64,000 nucleotides of DNA from Candidatus Bathyarchaeota archaeon B24 (GCA_001593865.1 LUCB01000001.1:23670-87669); one strand, 5' to 3'; shown: positions 36,590 through 47,099, numbered from the stretch's first letter. The notes: generated by a model not told the origin, from the sequence alone. Numbers and translations: made by a program.

Positions 36590-37966
36590 GTGCGTCCTAT
36601 GGTTAAGATCTCTGTAATAGGAGCAGGAAGTATAGCTTGGTTCTCGACCCTGATTCACGACATTTGCCTGACCAAAAGCCTATGGGGTAGTACAGTCTCA
36701 CTCATGGATATAAACGAGGAGCGTTTAAACCTTAGTTATCTCTTCGCTAAACGATATGCCTCTGAGGTGGGGGCTGATTTAAAGTTCGAGAAAACCACGG
36801 ATAGACGAGAGTCTTTGAGAGACGCCGACTTTGTGATAAACACTGCCATGGCGGGAGGGCATCAGTATTATGAGGATATGAGGAGGATCTCTGAGAAACA
36901 TGGGTATTATAGGGGTATAAACAGCGTAGAGTGGAATATGGTTTCAGACTATCATACGATCTGGGGTTACTATCAGTTTAAACTTATGATGGATGTAGCC
37001 CGAGATATGGAAGACATATGTCCAGATGCGTGGTTAATTTTACTTGCAAACCCCGTATTCGAGGGTACTGCGCTCATCTCAAGGGAAAGCAAGGTGAAGG
37101 TTATAGGTCTCTGTCACGGACACTTGGAGGCTAGGGATATAGCACATGTCCTAGGGTTGGATCTGAACGATGTAGAGATGGAGGCTATAGGGTTCAACCA
37201 CTGCATATGGCTGACGAAGTTCCGGTATAAGGGAGAGGATGCGTATCCGCTTATAGACGAATGGATCGAGAAGAAGTCGCAAGAGTACTGGAAGACTTGG
37301 TATAAGACTCAGAAAAGTCCCTTCGACCTACAGATGTCCCCCGCGGCAGTGGATATGTATAAGACGTATGGGCTTTTCCCGGTGGGCGATACCATACGGA
37401 GCGGTACGTGGAAATACCATTGGAACCTAGAATTAAAGAAGCGGTGGTTTGGCCCCGCCGGTGGCCCAGACTCTGAGATAGGTTGGCGTATCTACCTAGA
37501 GAACCAGAGGAAGTGGATAGATTACTTAACTGAGCGAGTCCGCGACCAGACTAAACCGTTGACGGACATATTTCCATCTCGTTTAAGTGAAGAATCTGTC
37601 GTACCTATAATAAACTCCATAGCAAACGACCGGAAAGGTGTATACCAGGTTAATATTCCGAATGAAGGGATGATAACCGGTATTCCCGACGACGTAGTGG
37701 TCGAGGTACCAGCTGAGGTAGATGGCAAAGGTGTACACAGAATATACTCAGGGTCCTTACCTAAGCGTGTGATGAACTACGTCATATATCCGAGGATGCT
37801 GAGGATGGAATGGGCTCTCGAGGCATTTCTGGAAGGTGGAAGAGACCTGCTATTCGAGTGGCTCATAGTAGACCCGAGGACAAAGTCGAATGAACAGGTG
37901 AATAAGGTAATAGACGACTTACTTTCGCTACCTGGGAACGAGGAGATGGCTAGACACTTCAAGTAA
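36590..37966 (+). CDS. glycoside hydrolase family 4 (NAD+/Mn2+-dependent glucosidase/galacturonidase-type)
   Basis: 458 aa. N-terminal Rossmann KISVIGAGSIAW and the GH4 catalytic GLCHG. Confidence 0.75.
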   Translation: MRPMVKISVIGAGSIAWFSTLIHDICLTKSLWGSTVSLMDINEERLNLSYLFAKRYASEVGADLKFEKTTDRRESLRDADFVINTAMAGGHQYYEDMRRISEKHGYYRGINSVEWNMVSDYHTIWGYYQFKLMMDVARDMEDICPDAWLILLANPVFEGTALISRESKVKVIGLCHGHLEARDIAHVLGLDLNDVEMEAIGFNHCIWLTKFRYKGEDAYPLIDEWIEKKSQEYWKTWYKTQKSPFDLQMSPAAVDMYKTYGLFPVGDTIRSGTWKYHWNLELKKRWFGPAGGPDSEIGWRIYLENQRKWIDYLTERVRDQTKPLTDIFPSRLSEESVVPIINSIANDRKGVYQVNIPNEGMITGIPDDVVVEVPAEVDGKGVHRIYSGSLPKRVMNYVIYPRMLRMEWALEAFLEGGRDLLFEWLIVDPRTKSNEQVNKVIDDLLSLPGNEEMARHFK

Positions 37967-37985
37967 CCCTTTTTATTGTTCTTGG
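37967..37985 (+). terminator. oligo-T terminator directly after the GH4 stop (CCCTTTTTATTGTTCTT)
   Basis: A T5 tract starts 4 nt after the TAA. A second, GTTATTTTTC, lies about 35 nt further on. Confidence 0.4.
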
Positions 37986-38215
37986 AAATATGCTTCGGAG
38001 TGTTATTTTTCAGAGTTTTCTATGCAAAAATTTATAAGCATAAGAGTGTCTAATTAAGAGACAAGATAGCCGATGTTTAACACGGAGAATCTATGCCCCG
38101 GCTTCGGAAAAACCTTTGACAGCTATAGCTTTAGCTATTTCTTCTTCTATAGCTTTTGAAGCTGGGGACCGTCTCCGGTTCTCTTTCTCCGTCATCCTCT
38201 CCGGAGGTGTTCTCC

Positions 38216-39475
38216 ATGGTCTCTGGCGGGAAGGTTATCGTCGCGAAATTCGGTGGGAAGACCCTGTCGGACGGCTCTAGGGTTAGAGCAGCCGCTGAGA
38301 TGGTCGTTAAAGCCGTCAAAAACGGATTGAAACCCGTAGTGGTTGTATCAGCGATTGGTCATACTACGGATGACCTCATAAAACTGGCCCGCGAAGCCTC
38401 GGAGAATAGAATATCTCCCGAGGATCTCGACGATATACTCTCTATGGGAGAGAGGACGAGCGCCCGAGTTTTCGCATCGGTTTTGAAGACCTTCAGCTTA
38501 GAAGCCGTTTACCTAGACCCATGTATGGATGAATGGCCTATAATCACGAACGATGTTTTCGGCAATGCTGAACCGATTCTACCGCTGACATACGAACGGA
38601 TCAAGAGGGTAGTAAAGCCGCTAGTCGAGAAGAATATAGTTCCGGTTATACCTGGCTTCATAGGTAAAACTTTAGATGGACGTACTACAACCCTCGGTAG
38701 GGGTGGAAGCGATATAACGGCTTTGCTCATAGGTAAGGCGTTAGACTCTGAAAAAGTCGTGCTCGTCTCGGATGTCGACGGTATAATGACGGGAGACCCG
38801 AAGGTCGTAAGCAACCCGAAGGTTCTGAAGGAAGTCGACGTTAAGACCCTGGCCGGCTTAGCCGATTCAGACGTGAAGTTCATCAAGAAGAAAACTTTGA
38901 AGTATAAACCATCGAACATCTCGGTGAAGCTCATAAGCTTTAAAACCGGTAGCTTAGACGCGGAGGGTACGACCATCAAAGGCTCGTTATCTAACCCAGG
39001 CTTAAAATTCGATGTAGAGGTCTGCGAAAAAAACGTCGCAGCCCTAACGGTCGTAGGCAGGAACATCACAAGTCGACCAGAGGTCTTAGCCAAGCTTCTT
39101 AAAGCCATCGGCGATTGTGGTCTAAGTCCTCTAGGCATATCTACAGATTCTGACTCGATAATTCTCTATATCCCAGAGACTAAGGGCGTAGAAGCGGCCA
39201 AGAGAGCCCACTCTGTGGTTTTAGAAAACCAAGAAGTTCTCATCGCCGTGGCCTTAAAGAGAAAATTATCCATGGTTAGAGTTAAGGGTTTAGGCCTTGA
39301 GGAGACGCCGGGGATCATATTCAAGATCTCTGGTCCATTGAAGGAGAGGGGGATGAATATACACGGTATGCTTACGATAACTTCAAGCGTGGTGGTGATA
39401 CTTGACAGAGATAAAGTTGAAGAGGCAGCTAAGCTGATAGACGAGTCGTTAAACAGGGGTGGAAACCATGGTTGA
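38216..39475 (+). CDS. lysC: aspartate kinase
   Basis: The ORF track starts at TTG 38156. ATG 38216 is preceded by GGAGGTG at a 6-nt spacing and opens with the aspartokinase N-terminus VIVAKFGGKTL. C-terminal ACT domains. Confidence 0.85.
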   Translation: MVSGGKVIVAKFGGKTLSDGSRVRAAAEMVVKAVKNGLKPVVVVSAIGHTTDDLIKLAREASENRISPEDLDDILSMGERTSARVFASVLKTFSLEAVYLDPCMDEWPIITNDVFGNAEPILPLTYERIKRVVKPLVEKNIVPVIPGFIGKTLDGRTTTLGRGGSDITALLIGKALDSEKVVLVSDVDGIMTGDPKVVSNPKVLKEVDVKTLAGLADSDVKFIKKKTLKYKPSNISVKLISFKTGSLDAEGTTIKGSLSNPGLKFDVEVCEKNVAALTVVGRNITSRPEVLAKLLKAIGDCGLSPLGISTDSDSIILYIPETKGVEAAKRAHSVVLENQEVLIAVALKRKLSMVRVKGLGLEETPGIIFKISGPLKERGMNIHGMLTITSSVVVILDRDKVEEAAKLIDESLNRGGNHG

Positions 39476-40544
39476 GGTAATGGTCATAGGCGCGACAGGG
39501 GTCGTTGGTCAACAGTTTCTGGTGGCCTTAGCAGACCATCCATGGTTTCATGTCGCTAAGCTCGTAGCTTCCCCTAGGTCAGCGGGCAAACGCTACGTCG
39601 ACGCTATAAGGGATAGAGCGACAGGCTCCATAAGATGGTATTGTGACGAGCCTTTACCGGAGCAGTTCAGAGAAATCGTAGTGGAGAGCTTTAGAGAGGA
39701 GCTTTTGGACGATGTAGACTTAGTCTTCACGGCCGTAGAATCAGATGTAGCTAGGGAAATCGAGCCTAAGATAGCTGAGAAGAAACCCGTCATAAGTACG
39801 GCTTCGGCTTTCAGATATGAGGAAGATGTGCCGTTGATAATTCCAGGGGTGAATCACGACCATGCCCCCCTCATAGAGAGACAGAGACAGAATAGGGGCT
39901 GGAAGGGTTTTATAGCTCCGATACCGAACTGTACGACGACTGGCTTGGCTATATCCCTTAAGCCTATAATGGATGCGTTCGGGCTTAAAATCGTGCTCAT
40001 GACATCTTTACAGGCTTTATCAGGTGCTGGGAGGTCTCCAGGCGTTATAGGGCTGGATATACTTGACAACGTAATCCCCTACATACCTAAGGAGGAGGAA
40101 AAAGTTCAGAAGGAAACCTTGAAGATACTTGGCAATTATGCGGGAGACCACGTCAAGCCTGCCAGGTTTAAAGTCAGCTGCACGTGTACTAGGGTTAACG
40201 TTAGAGACGGCCACACAGAGTGCGTATTCCTCTCCACCGAGAAAAAAGCTACCGTAGACGAGGTTAAGAAGGTTTTAAGAGAGTTTAGAGGATGCTCAGA
40301 TATGGGATTGCCCTCATCTCCTAAGAGGATGATAGTCGTTCACGAAGACCCGTTTAGACCCCAGCCTAGGCTTGATAGGAACACAGAAGACGGTATGGCC
40401 ACCGTAGTCGGTAGGGTTAGAGAAGACCCGGCTCTCGAAAACGGCATAAAATACGTTCTTCTCTCTCATAACACTAAGATGGGCGCGGCCAAGGGCGCCG
40501 TCTTGTTAGCCGAACTTCTATATAAGGAGGGATACATTTGTTAG
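39459..40544 (+). CDS. asd: aspartate-semialdehyde dehydrogenase
   Basis: 361 aa. N-terminal [14 protein letters not shown], catalytic Cys IPNCTTTGL. Overlaps lysC by 17 nt. Confidence 0.85.
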   Translation: METMVEVMVIGATGVVGQQFLVALADHPWFHVAKLVASPRSAGKRYVDAIRDRATGSIRWYCDEPLPEQFREIVVESFREELLDDVDLVFTAVESDVAREIEPKIAEKKPVISTASAFRYEEDVPLIIPGVNHDHAPLIERQRQNRGWKGFIAPIPNCTTTGLAISLKPIMDAFGLKIVLMTSLQALSGAGRSPGVIGLDILDNVIPYIPKEEEKVQKETLKILGNYAGDHVKPARFKVSCTCTRVNVRDGHTECVFLSTEKKATVDEVKKVLREFRGCSDMGLPSSPKRMIVVHEDPFRPQPRLDRNTEDGMATVVGRVREDPALENGIKYVLLSHNTKMGAAKGAVLLAELLYKEGYIC

Positions 40545-40557
40545 AGGAGGGATTTCC

Positions 40558-41343
40558 GTGAACGGGAAGGTTAGAAGACTCTCCCGGATCTTTCGAAGCG
40601 ACTGTAGAACAGTGATAGTCCCTATGGACCATGGAGTGACGCTTGGACCGGTGAAGGGGATAGTAAACATATCTAAGACTGTAGAGGTTTTGAAAAAAGG
40701 CGGTGTAGACGCTGTCCTTGTCCATAAGGGTTGGGCTAAGAGAATAGATACTCGCGGTATAGGGCTTATTGTGCACATATCCGCTAGCACAAGGCTCGGT
40801 CCAGACCCGAATTGGAAGGTTGTAGTAGCCTCGGTCGAAGAAGCCATTAGGCTAGGGGCGGATGGATTATCCATGCACGTGAACATAGGATGCGAAAGAG
40901 AACCTGAGATGCTCAACCTCCTAGGTTTGGTCGCTGAGTCATGTGAAGACTGGGGTATGCCTCTTCTAGTCATGGCTTATCCCAGAGGCCCGAAGATTTC
41001 GAATCAACATGATCCAGAGTTGGTGGCCCACGTAGCCAGGGTAGCGGCTGAACTCGGAGCCGATGTCGTTAAGACAAACTATACCGGTAGCGTCGAAAGC
41101 TTTAGAAGAGTCGTCGATGGATGTCCCGTTCCTGTCGTCATAGCTGGTGGGCCTAAAGCTCACTCGGTCAAGGAGGTCCTTCAGATGGTCAAAGACTCTA
41201 TAGACGCGGGTGGAGCAGGAGTCTCGATGGGTAGGAACATCTTCCAACATGATAACCCTGAGCTGATGGCTAAAGCTGTCGCAGGTATCGTGCATGAGGG
41301 ACTTAGCGTAGACGAGGCATTAGAGATCTTACGTGGTGGTTAG
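40558..41343 (+). CDS. aroA': 2-amino-3,7-dideoxy-D-threo-hept-6-ulosonate (ADH) synthase, DhnA-type class I aldolase family
   Basis: 261 aa. DhnA/FbaB-family barrel: VIVPMDHG, Schiff-base Lys region GADVVKTNY. Placed between asd and DHQ synthase II. Confidence 0.65.
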   Translation: MNGKVRRLSRIFRSDCRTVIVPMDHGVTLGPVKGIVNISKTVEVLKKGGVDAVLVHKGWAKRIDTRGIGLIVHISASTRLGPDPNWKVVVASVEEAIRLGADGLSMHVNIGCEREPEMLNLLGLVAESCEDWGMPLLVMAYPRGPKISNQHDPELVAHVARVAAELGADVVKTNYTGSVESFRRVVDGCPVPVVIAGGPKAHSVKEVLQMVKDSIDAGGAGVSMGRNIFQHDNPELMAKAVAGIVHEGLSVDEALEILRGG

Positions 41344-41345
41344 GC

Positions 41346-42401
41346 TTGGCTAAAGAAGTTTGGATTCGATTCCGCGGTGAACCTGAAGGGTTTAGACGAT
41401 TTGTGGAAGAGACCAGGGGGCTTGTGGACTACTATCTGGTCGAGGATGAACGATTGGCTTCAGAGGCTAAATCTCTTGATGTTAAGACCGTTTCAGAGAG
41501 ATTGGGGGATCTGAAACTCGTCTCTCGCCTAGAGGACGTTTCTCCGAACTCTTGCTTAAAAATCGAAGTCAAAAGCGGGGGGGACGAGGAAAAGGCTGTC
41601 AAAGCCTCTGATATGGGGTGCAGATACGTTCTCGTTAGATGCTCTGACTGGAAGATCATTCCGTTAGAGAATTTAGTTGCAAAGCTTCACGGTAGAACCA
41701 AGATAATAGCGGAGGCTTCCGGAATAGAGGATGCCGAAACCCTTCTGAAGGTTCTTGAACTGGGTGTCGATGGTGTTTTGATAGAAACTGATGACCCAAA
41801 GGAGGTTAGGAAGCTACGGGAATCCGTCGATAGAGTAGTTTTAAAAACCAATGTTTTAGAGCTGAGGAGAGCCAAGGTCATATCCATTAGACCTCTTAAG
41901 CTCGGAGCTAGGGTATGCTTAGACACGTGCGACATGCTAAGCCCGTGCGAGGGGTTTCTAGTAGGATGTCAGTCGGCAGGGCTTTTCCTTATAGAAGCAG
42001 AGGTGCATGGAAACCCCTACGTCGAAGCCAGACCCTTCAGAGTCAACGCAGGTCCACCCGCATTGTATATCCTCGCTCCTAGTGGAAAGACCAGATACCT
42101 ATCGGAGCTTAGGGCAGGTGAGACCCTCCTAGCGGTTAAAGGCGACGGAACTTTCAGAGAAGTGGAGCTTTGCAGGGTTAAGATAGAATGGAGACCCCTT
42201 AAACTCGTCGAAGCCGAGTACGAAGGAAAGGTCTATAAGGTTGTTGTTCAAGACGCCGAAACCATAAGATTCGTTACCCCAGAGGGGTCGATATCGCTGG
42301 CTGAGCTTTCGCCGGGGGATGAGATTCTCATATTTGTTCAAGAGGAGGGGGGAAGGCACTTCGGAACTCTTGTAAAGGGAGAGAGGATAATCGAGAGGTG
42401 A
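41346..42401 (+). CDS. aroB': 3-dehydroquinate synthase II (archaeal, NAD-dependent, ADH-utilising)
   Basis: 351 aa, PF01959-like. 2 nt after aroA'. Confidence 0.75.
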   Translation: MAKEVWIRFRGEPEGFRRFVEETRGLVDYYLVEDERLASEAKSLDVKTVSERLGDLKLVSRLEDVSPNSCLKIEVKSGGDEEKAVKASDMGCRYVLVRCSDWKIIPLENLVAKLHGRTKIIAEASGIEDAETLLKVLELGVDGVLIETDDPKEVRKLRESVDRVVLKTNVLELRRAKVISIRPLKLGARVCLDTCDMLSPCEGFLVGCQSAGLFLIEAEVHGNPYVEARPFRVNAGPPALYILAPSGKTRYLSELRAGETLLAVKGDGTFREVELCRVKIEWRPLKLVEAEYEGKVYKVVVQDAETIRFVTPEGSISLAELSPGDEILIFVQEEGGRHFGTLVKGERIIER

Positions 42402-42411
42402 ACTTTCAAGT

Positions 42412-43107
42412 TTGACTAAGAACTATAGGGTGTGTGTTTGTATAAAGGCTAGGGACGGTAAGGAAGCCGTTAGACTGCTCGAGGAGGCGGAGGCATTATC
42501 TGTAGACCTTGCCGAGGTTCGATTAGACCATATGACGAAGCTTGACGGCCTGGGGGAATTGCCTTGTTCGACTAGACTTCCTCTTATCGCTACCCTTCGA
42601 CCTAAGAGGCAGGGTGGTATGTTCGAAGGAGAAGAGGTTGAACGGATAGATATTCTACGGAAGTCGGCTGTCTTAGGCTTCGAATACGTGGATTTAGAAC
42701 TAGACACACCCGGTATAGATGGATTAGTTGAGGAGCTCAAAGGGCTCGGCATTAAGGTGATCGTTTCTCACCATGATTTTAAGAGAACCCCCGATATCGA
42801 AGAACTCAGATGGCTGCTCTCAAGAGAACTGAGTTATCAACCAGATGTATGTAAACTCGTCACTTATGCTAGAAGCCTAAGGGATAACCTCACTTGTCTA
42901 ACCTTATTATCGGGACTAAGAAGTGATATTAGAGCCGTATGCTTCGCTATGGGCGAGCTGGGCTTGGTCTCCCGAGTCTTAAGCCCCCTATATGGTGGGT
43001 TCTTCACTTACGCTTCTCTTAGGAGGGGCTTGGAAACGGCTCCAGGCCAGCTGACGGTCGAGGACTTAAGAACGATCGTTAAGCTCATCGGAGGGTTAGA
43101 GAGTTGA
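42412..43107 (+). CDS. aroD: 3-dehydroquinate dehydratase, type I
   Basis: 231 aa. CVCIKARDGKEA...EVRLDHM...KVIVSHHDF. Confidence 0.8.
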   Translation: MTKNYRVCVCIKARDGKEAVRLLEEAEALSVDLAEVRLDHMTKLDGLGELPCSTRLPLIATLRPKRQGGMFEGEEVERIDILRKSAVLGFEYVDLELDTPGIDGLVEELKGLGIKVIVSHHDFKRTPDIEELRWLLSRELSYQPDVCKLVTYARSLRDNLTCLTLLSGLRSDIRAVCFAMGELGLVSRVLSPLYGGFFTYASLRRGLETAPGQLTVEDLRTIVKLIGGLES

Positions 43108-43970
43108 GGATAGACGGTAAGACGAGGCTTCTATGCCTTATAGGAGACCCTGTTGAACATTCTCTAAGCCCTATGATGCATAACCTATCCTTCGAGGAAC
43201 TAGGGTTAAACTATGTCTATATGGCTTTCAGGGTAACTAAGGAGAGGCTTGAGACCGTAGTCGAGGGATTTAGAGCAATAGGGGTTAAAGGGTTTAACGT
43301 TACGACCCCTTTGAAAAGGGATATAGTGGTTTTCTTGGATAAGTTAGACCCGAGGGCGGCTAAGATAGGTGTGGTTAATACTGTTCTAAACGACCACGGT
43401 GAATTCATAGGATTTAACACAGATGGCGTCGGCGTCGTCAAGGCTTTAGAGGATAGAGACCTCAAACTAGACGGCTTAAGCATAGTTCTCCTAGGAGCCG
43501 GTAGCGCGGGCAGAGCGATCGCGTACGCTCTTTCCGAGATTCCATGCCGCTTAACGATTTTAAACCGAACCGCCGAGAAGGCTAAATCCCTAGCCGAGGA
43601 GCTTTCAGATGGTTTAGCCGAGGTCTCCTGGAAACAGTTAACCATAGACTCGTTGACCGAATGTGTTCCTCGAGCCGACATCCTGATAAACGCTACATCG
43701 GTCGGTATGAAACCCAAGGATGCGGAGACACCTGTTCCCAAGAGGCTTCTGAGGAAGGAGCTGATAGTGTTCGATATAGTTTACAACCCGCTTGAGACGA
43801 GGCTTCTTAAAGAGGCTAGGGAAGTAGGGGCTACTACGTTGGACGGCTTAGAGATGCTCTTACATCAAGGTATTGAGGCATTTAAGATATGGTTTAATCT
43901 TGAACCACCTGTCGGGCTTCTCAAAAAGGCCATCGAGGAGGTTAGGAGGAGACGTCTTGGCTGTAGGTGA
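43104..43970 (+). CDS. aroE: shikimate 5-dehydrogenase
   Basis: 288 aa. LIGDPVEHSLSPMMHN, GAGSAGRAIAYAL. 4-nt overlap with aroD. Confidence 0.85.
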   Translation: MRIDGKTRLLCLIGDPVEHSLSPMMHNLSFEELGLNYVYMAFRVTKERLETVVEGFRAIGVKGFNVTTPLKRDIVVFLDKLDPRAAKIGVVNTVLNDHGEFIGFNTDGVGVVKALEDRDLKLDGLSIVLLGAGSAGRAIAYALSEIPCRLTILNRTAEKAKSLAEELSDGLAEVSWKQLTIDSLTECVPRADILINATSVGMKPKDAETPVPKRLLRKELIVFDIVYNPLETRLLKEAREVGATTLDGLEMLLHQGIEAFKIWFNLEPPVGLLKKAIEEVRRRRLGCR

Positions 43971-44826
43971 AGCAGTAGCTTACGGCGCCATCACGGTTGT
44001 AAATGCCTTGGCAACCGGTAGAGGAGCAGCTCTGGGTGTCAAGCTTTGGACTAGGGCGAGGGTCAGGTTGACCGATAAACCGGGTATAGTGGAGGGGGCT
44101 ATACTTTCAGACCCGAGAGAGGATAAGACCCTCATGAAAAAATGTGTTCTTAGGGTTCTCAAGAGATTTGGTCTCGAGAAGATATATGGAGCATATGTCG
44201 AGACTGAATCGAATATCCCGATAGCTAAGGGTCTTAAAAGCAGCAGTGTAGCATCAAACGCCGTAGTCTTAGCAACGTTAAACGCCCTAGACGAGCGTTT
44301 ACCCGATATGGAAATCTTAAGGCTCGGTGTCGAAGCAAGCTTTGATGCAGGAGTGACGGTTACGGGGGCACTAGACGACGCATCTGCGTCTTATCTAGGA
44401 GGGATAACGGTTACCGACAATAGGGCATTTAAGATTCTCAAGCGATTTGAGGTGGATGAGCGGCTTAAGGTTATCATATCCGTCCCTGAGTTTAAACGGT
44501 ATACCACCAAGATAGACTTATCTCGACTTAAGCTTATGGCAGATGGCCTCGACTCGGCTTTCAGAGAGGCTTTAGAAGGTAGATGGCAGACTGCTATGAA
44601 GCTTAACGGCGTTGTTTGCGCTTCTGCCTTAGGCTATAGAGTTGAACCCATTTTTAAAGCACTAGAACTAGGCGCGGTAGCATCAGGTCTATCGGGTAAA
44701 GGACCTGCTATAGCGGCCATAGCCTACGAAGATGCTATTCCACGAATCATAGAAGTATGGAAAAGTCTAGGAGGTACTATCATCAAGACCTCTGTGAATA
44801 ACGAGAAAGCGCATATGCTCAGGTGA
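43957..44826 (+). CDS. aroK: shikimate kinase, archaeal GHMP-kinase type
   Basis: The ORF track starts at 43873 inside aroE. The conserved start is TTG 43957 (MAVGEAVAYGAITVVNALATGRGAALGV), giving a 14-nt overlap with aroE. GHMP motif region. Confidence 0.75.
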   Translation: MAVGEAVAYGAITVVNALATGRGAALGVKLWTRARVRLTDKPGIVEGAILSDPREDKTLMKKCVLRVLKRFGLEKIYGAYVETESNIPIAKGLKSSSVASNAVVLATLNALDERLPDMEILRLGVEASFDAGVTVTGALDDASASYLGGITVTDNRAFKILKRFEVDERLKVIISVPEFKRYTTKIDLSRLKLMADGLDSAFREALEGRWQTAMKLNGVVCASALGYRVEPIFKALELGAVASGLSGKGPAIAAIAYEDAIPRIIEVWKSLGGTIIKTSVNNEKAHMLR

Positions 44827-44832
44827 CAAACG

Positions 44833-46137
44833 ATGAAAGCGGTTTTAAAGAGCGGCGTCGTCAACGGGATCGCTAAAGCGCCGCCGTCTAAGTCGCAGAC
44901 CCACCGGTTTTACGTAGCAGCTTTACTTAGCGAGGGGTTAAGCATAGTCGAAAACCCTTCGACGTGTCTAGACGCTAAGGCTACGCTCAGAGCCGTTAAG
45001 CTCATGGGATGTAAGGTCTATAGGAGAGGCTCAGAGGTTAAGCTTCTAAGTAGAGGATTTCCAGAGTCTCCAGAAGATGTTATATATTGCGGGGGCTCCG
45101 GAACTACTATGAGAATTTTTACGGCGGTATCGGCATTGGCATCCGGCCTAACGGTTCTTACAGGCGATAGGTCGCTTAGGAGACGGCCTATGAGCCCTTT
45201 GTTGGATGCGTTGAGGCAACTAGGTATTCGATGCTACTCATCTAGAGGCGGACGGCCTCCTATAGCGGTATTAGGGGGCTCTCTTAAGCCCGGTCTTGTG
45301 AAGATAAGAGGAGACATAAGTTCCCAATACATATCTGGGCTGTTGTTTACTTTGGCCAAGGTTGAGGGGGAGTCTATTATTCGGTTGACTACGCCCTTGG
45401 TTTCTAAGCCCTACGTCGACATGACCTTGGATACCCTTAAGATATGTGGAGTGAACGTTTATGCGTCTGAAGACTATAGGGTTTTCAAGGTAAATGGCTC
45501 TTACGAGTTTAAACCGTTTAAAGCTATGGTGGAGGGGGACTACTCCTCCGCAGCCGTCTTGATGGTTGCTGCAGCCGTTACAGGTGGTAGAGTCAAAATC
45601 GAGGGACTTAAGAAGGACAGCCTTCAACCCGATAGACGCATTTTGAAAGTTCTCGAAGAGGTCGGTTGCCATGTTAGGGTCGAAGACCAGTACGTGGAGG
45701 TAAACGGCTCGGTAGGCGTCTATGAGCCGTTTGAAATAGACGTGTCTGATAGCCCAGACCTAGCGCCTATTCTAGCGGTTTTAGCGTCCTCTTGTGAAGG
45801 AGTGTCCAAGATAACCGGTGTATCTAGACTCAGGTTTAAAGAATCCGATAGAATCGAGGCTCTAACGTCTCAGCTGGGTAAGATGGGTTTAAGGATCAGG
45901 GCTTATGAAGACTGCATAACGGTTGAGGGGCCTTCGAGGTTAAGGGGGGCTGTTATAGACCCAAGTAACGACCATAGAATAGCCATGGCATGCTCTGTAG
46001 CCGCTTTAAAGGCTCAGGGTGAGACCGTTATAAGGAACGCGTCTTGCGTGAATAAATCATACCCCGACTTCTATCGGGATCTGAAGAACTTAGGCGTCGA
46101 CGTTAAAGTGATAAGCCGGAAAGGAACGCTTGGTTAA
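44833..46137 (+). CDS. aroA: 3-phosphoshikimate 1-carboxyvinyltransferase (EPSP synthase)
   Basis: 434 aa. AKAPPSKSQTHRF, LGNSGTT-like GGSGTTMR. Confidence 0.9.
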   Translation: MKAVLKSGVVNGIAKAPPSKSQTHRFYVAALLSEGLSIVENPSTCLDAKATLRAVKLMGCKVYRRGSEVKLLSRGFPESPEDVIYCGGSGTTMRIFTAVSALASGLTVLTGDRSLRRRPMSPLLDALRQLGIRCYSSRGGRPPIAVLGGSLKPGLVKIRGDISSQYISGLLFTLAKVEGESIIRLTTPLVSKPYVDMTLDTLKICGVNVYASEDYRVFKVNGSYEFKPFKAMVEGDYSSAAVLMVAAAVTGGRVKIEGLKKDSLQPDRRILKVLEEVGCHVRVEDQYVEVNGSVGVYEPFEIDVSDSPDLAPILAVLASSCEGVSKITGVSRLRFKESDRIEALTSQLGKMGLRIRAYEDCITVEGPSRLRGAVIDPSNDHRIAMACSVAALKAQGETVIRNASCVNKSYPDFYRDLKNLGVDVKVISRKGTLG

Positions 46138-47026
46138 TTTTTATATCGGTTATAGGAGTCTCCTAGGTGGTCTTATGATCCCTAAACCCGGAAAAACCCC
46201 TTTAAGGCTTCTTAGGAGCTTCTCCAGGCTCTTCGAGGTTAAGGTCTACGGTAAGCTTGAGCTTGTAAACCCGACTGGCTCTCATAAGGACCGTGAGAGC
46301 TGGGAGGTTTTAAGAGATGTCAAGGCTAAGGGGTTTAAGTCCGTCGGATGTGCAAGCACCGGTAACGCTGCGATATCTTTAGCCGCTTACGCTTTTATGG
46401 CGGGGATCGAATGCCACATATACGTCTCGGAGAGTATAAATCCGGATAAGCTCGCGTTGATAGAGGCTTTCCACCCGAAGATACACATCGTTAAAGGAGG
46501 CTATGAAGAGGCTATAGAGAGATGCAATAGAGACGCCGAGTCCATGGGTTTTTACGATGCTAACCCAGGAGTCTGCTATGCCAAGATCGTAGGCAACTCT
46601 CATATAGGAGCCGAGATCGCGAGTAGACTCAAGCCTAAATATGTAATATGTCCGACGAACAACGGAACTCATATCGTAGGCGTATGGACTGGGTTAAGGG
46701 ATGCCGGTGTCAAACCTGTGATGGTGGCTGCAACAGCCGAGGAAACAAGGGTCGCAGATAGTATAGCTGGCTTTCACAGACTCGAGGGTGAAAGACTTAG
46801 AAATACCCTTCAGGAAAGTAGCGGCTTTGCGGTAGACGTCTCAGACGCAGAGATAGAGAAAGCCCTAAAACTTCTTGTGAGGAAGGAAGGCATAATAGCC
46901 GAGCCTGCCTCAGCCGCCTCCTTAGCGGCTTTAAAACATATACCCCTAGAACCCGGAGACGTAGTCTGCTGTACGATAACTGGTTTGGGGTTAAAGTTCC
47001 CTAGGATACTGAAGCTGGTCTTATGA
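46130..47026 (+). CDS. short threonine-synthase-like PLP-dependent enzyme (fold type II) embedded in the aro operon
   Basis: 298 aa. PLP-Lys motif NPTGSHKDR, and the ThrC-like block GCASTGNAAISLAAYA. 8-nt overlap with aroA. About 100 aa shorter than typical ThrC. Confidence 0.6.
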   Translation: MVNFYIGYRSLLGGLMIPKPGKTPLRLLRSFSRLFEVKVYGKLELVNPTGSHKDRESWEVLRDVKAKGFKSVGCASTGNAAISLAAYAFMAGIECHIYVSESINPDKLALIEAFHPKIHIVKGGYEEAIERCNRDAESMGFYDANPGVCYAKIVGNSHIGAEIASRLKPKYVICPTNNGTHIVGVWTGLRDAGVKPVMVAATAEETRVADSIAGFHRLEGERLRNTLQESSGFAVDVSDAEIEKALKLLVRKEGIIAEPASAASLAALKHIPLEPGDVVCCTITGLGLKFPRILKLVL

Positions 47027-47099
47027 AGCAACCTTTTACCGGAGTGTTATTGGGGAAACCCTAAATTCACCTTAGATACCTTTTAAGCATGGGATCTTT

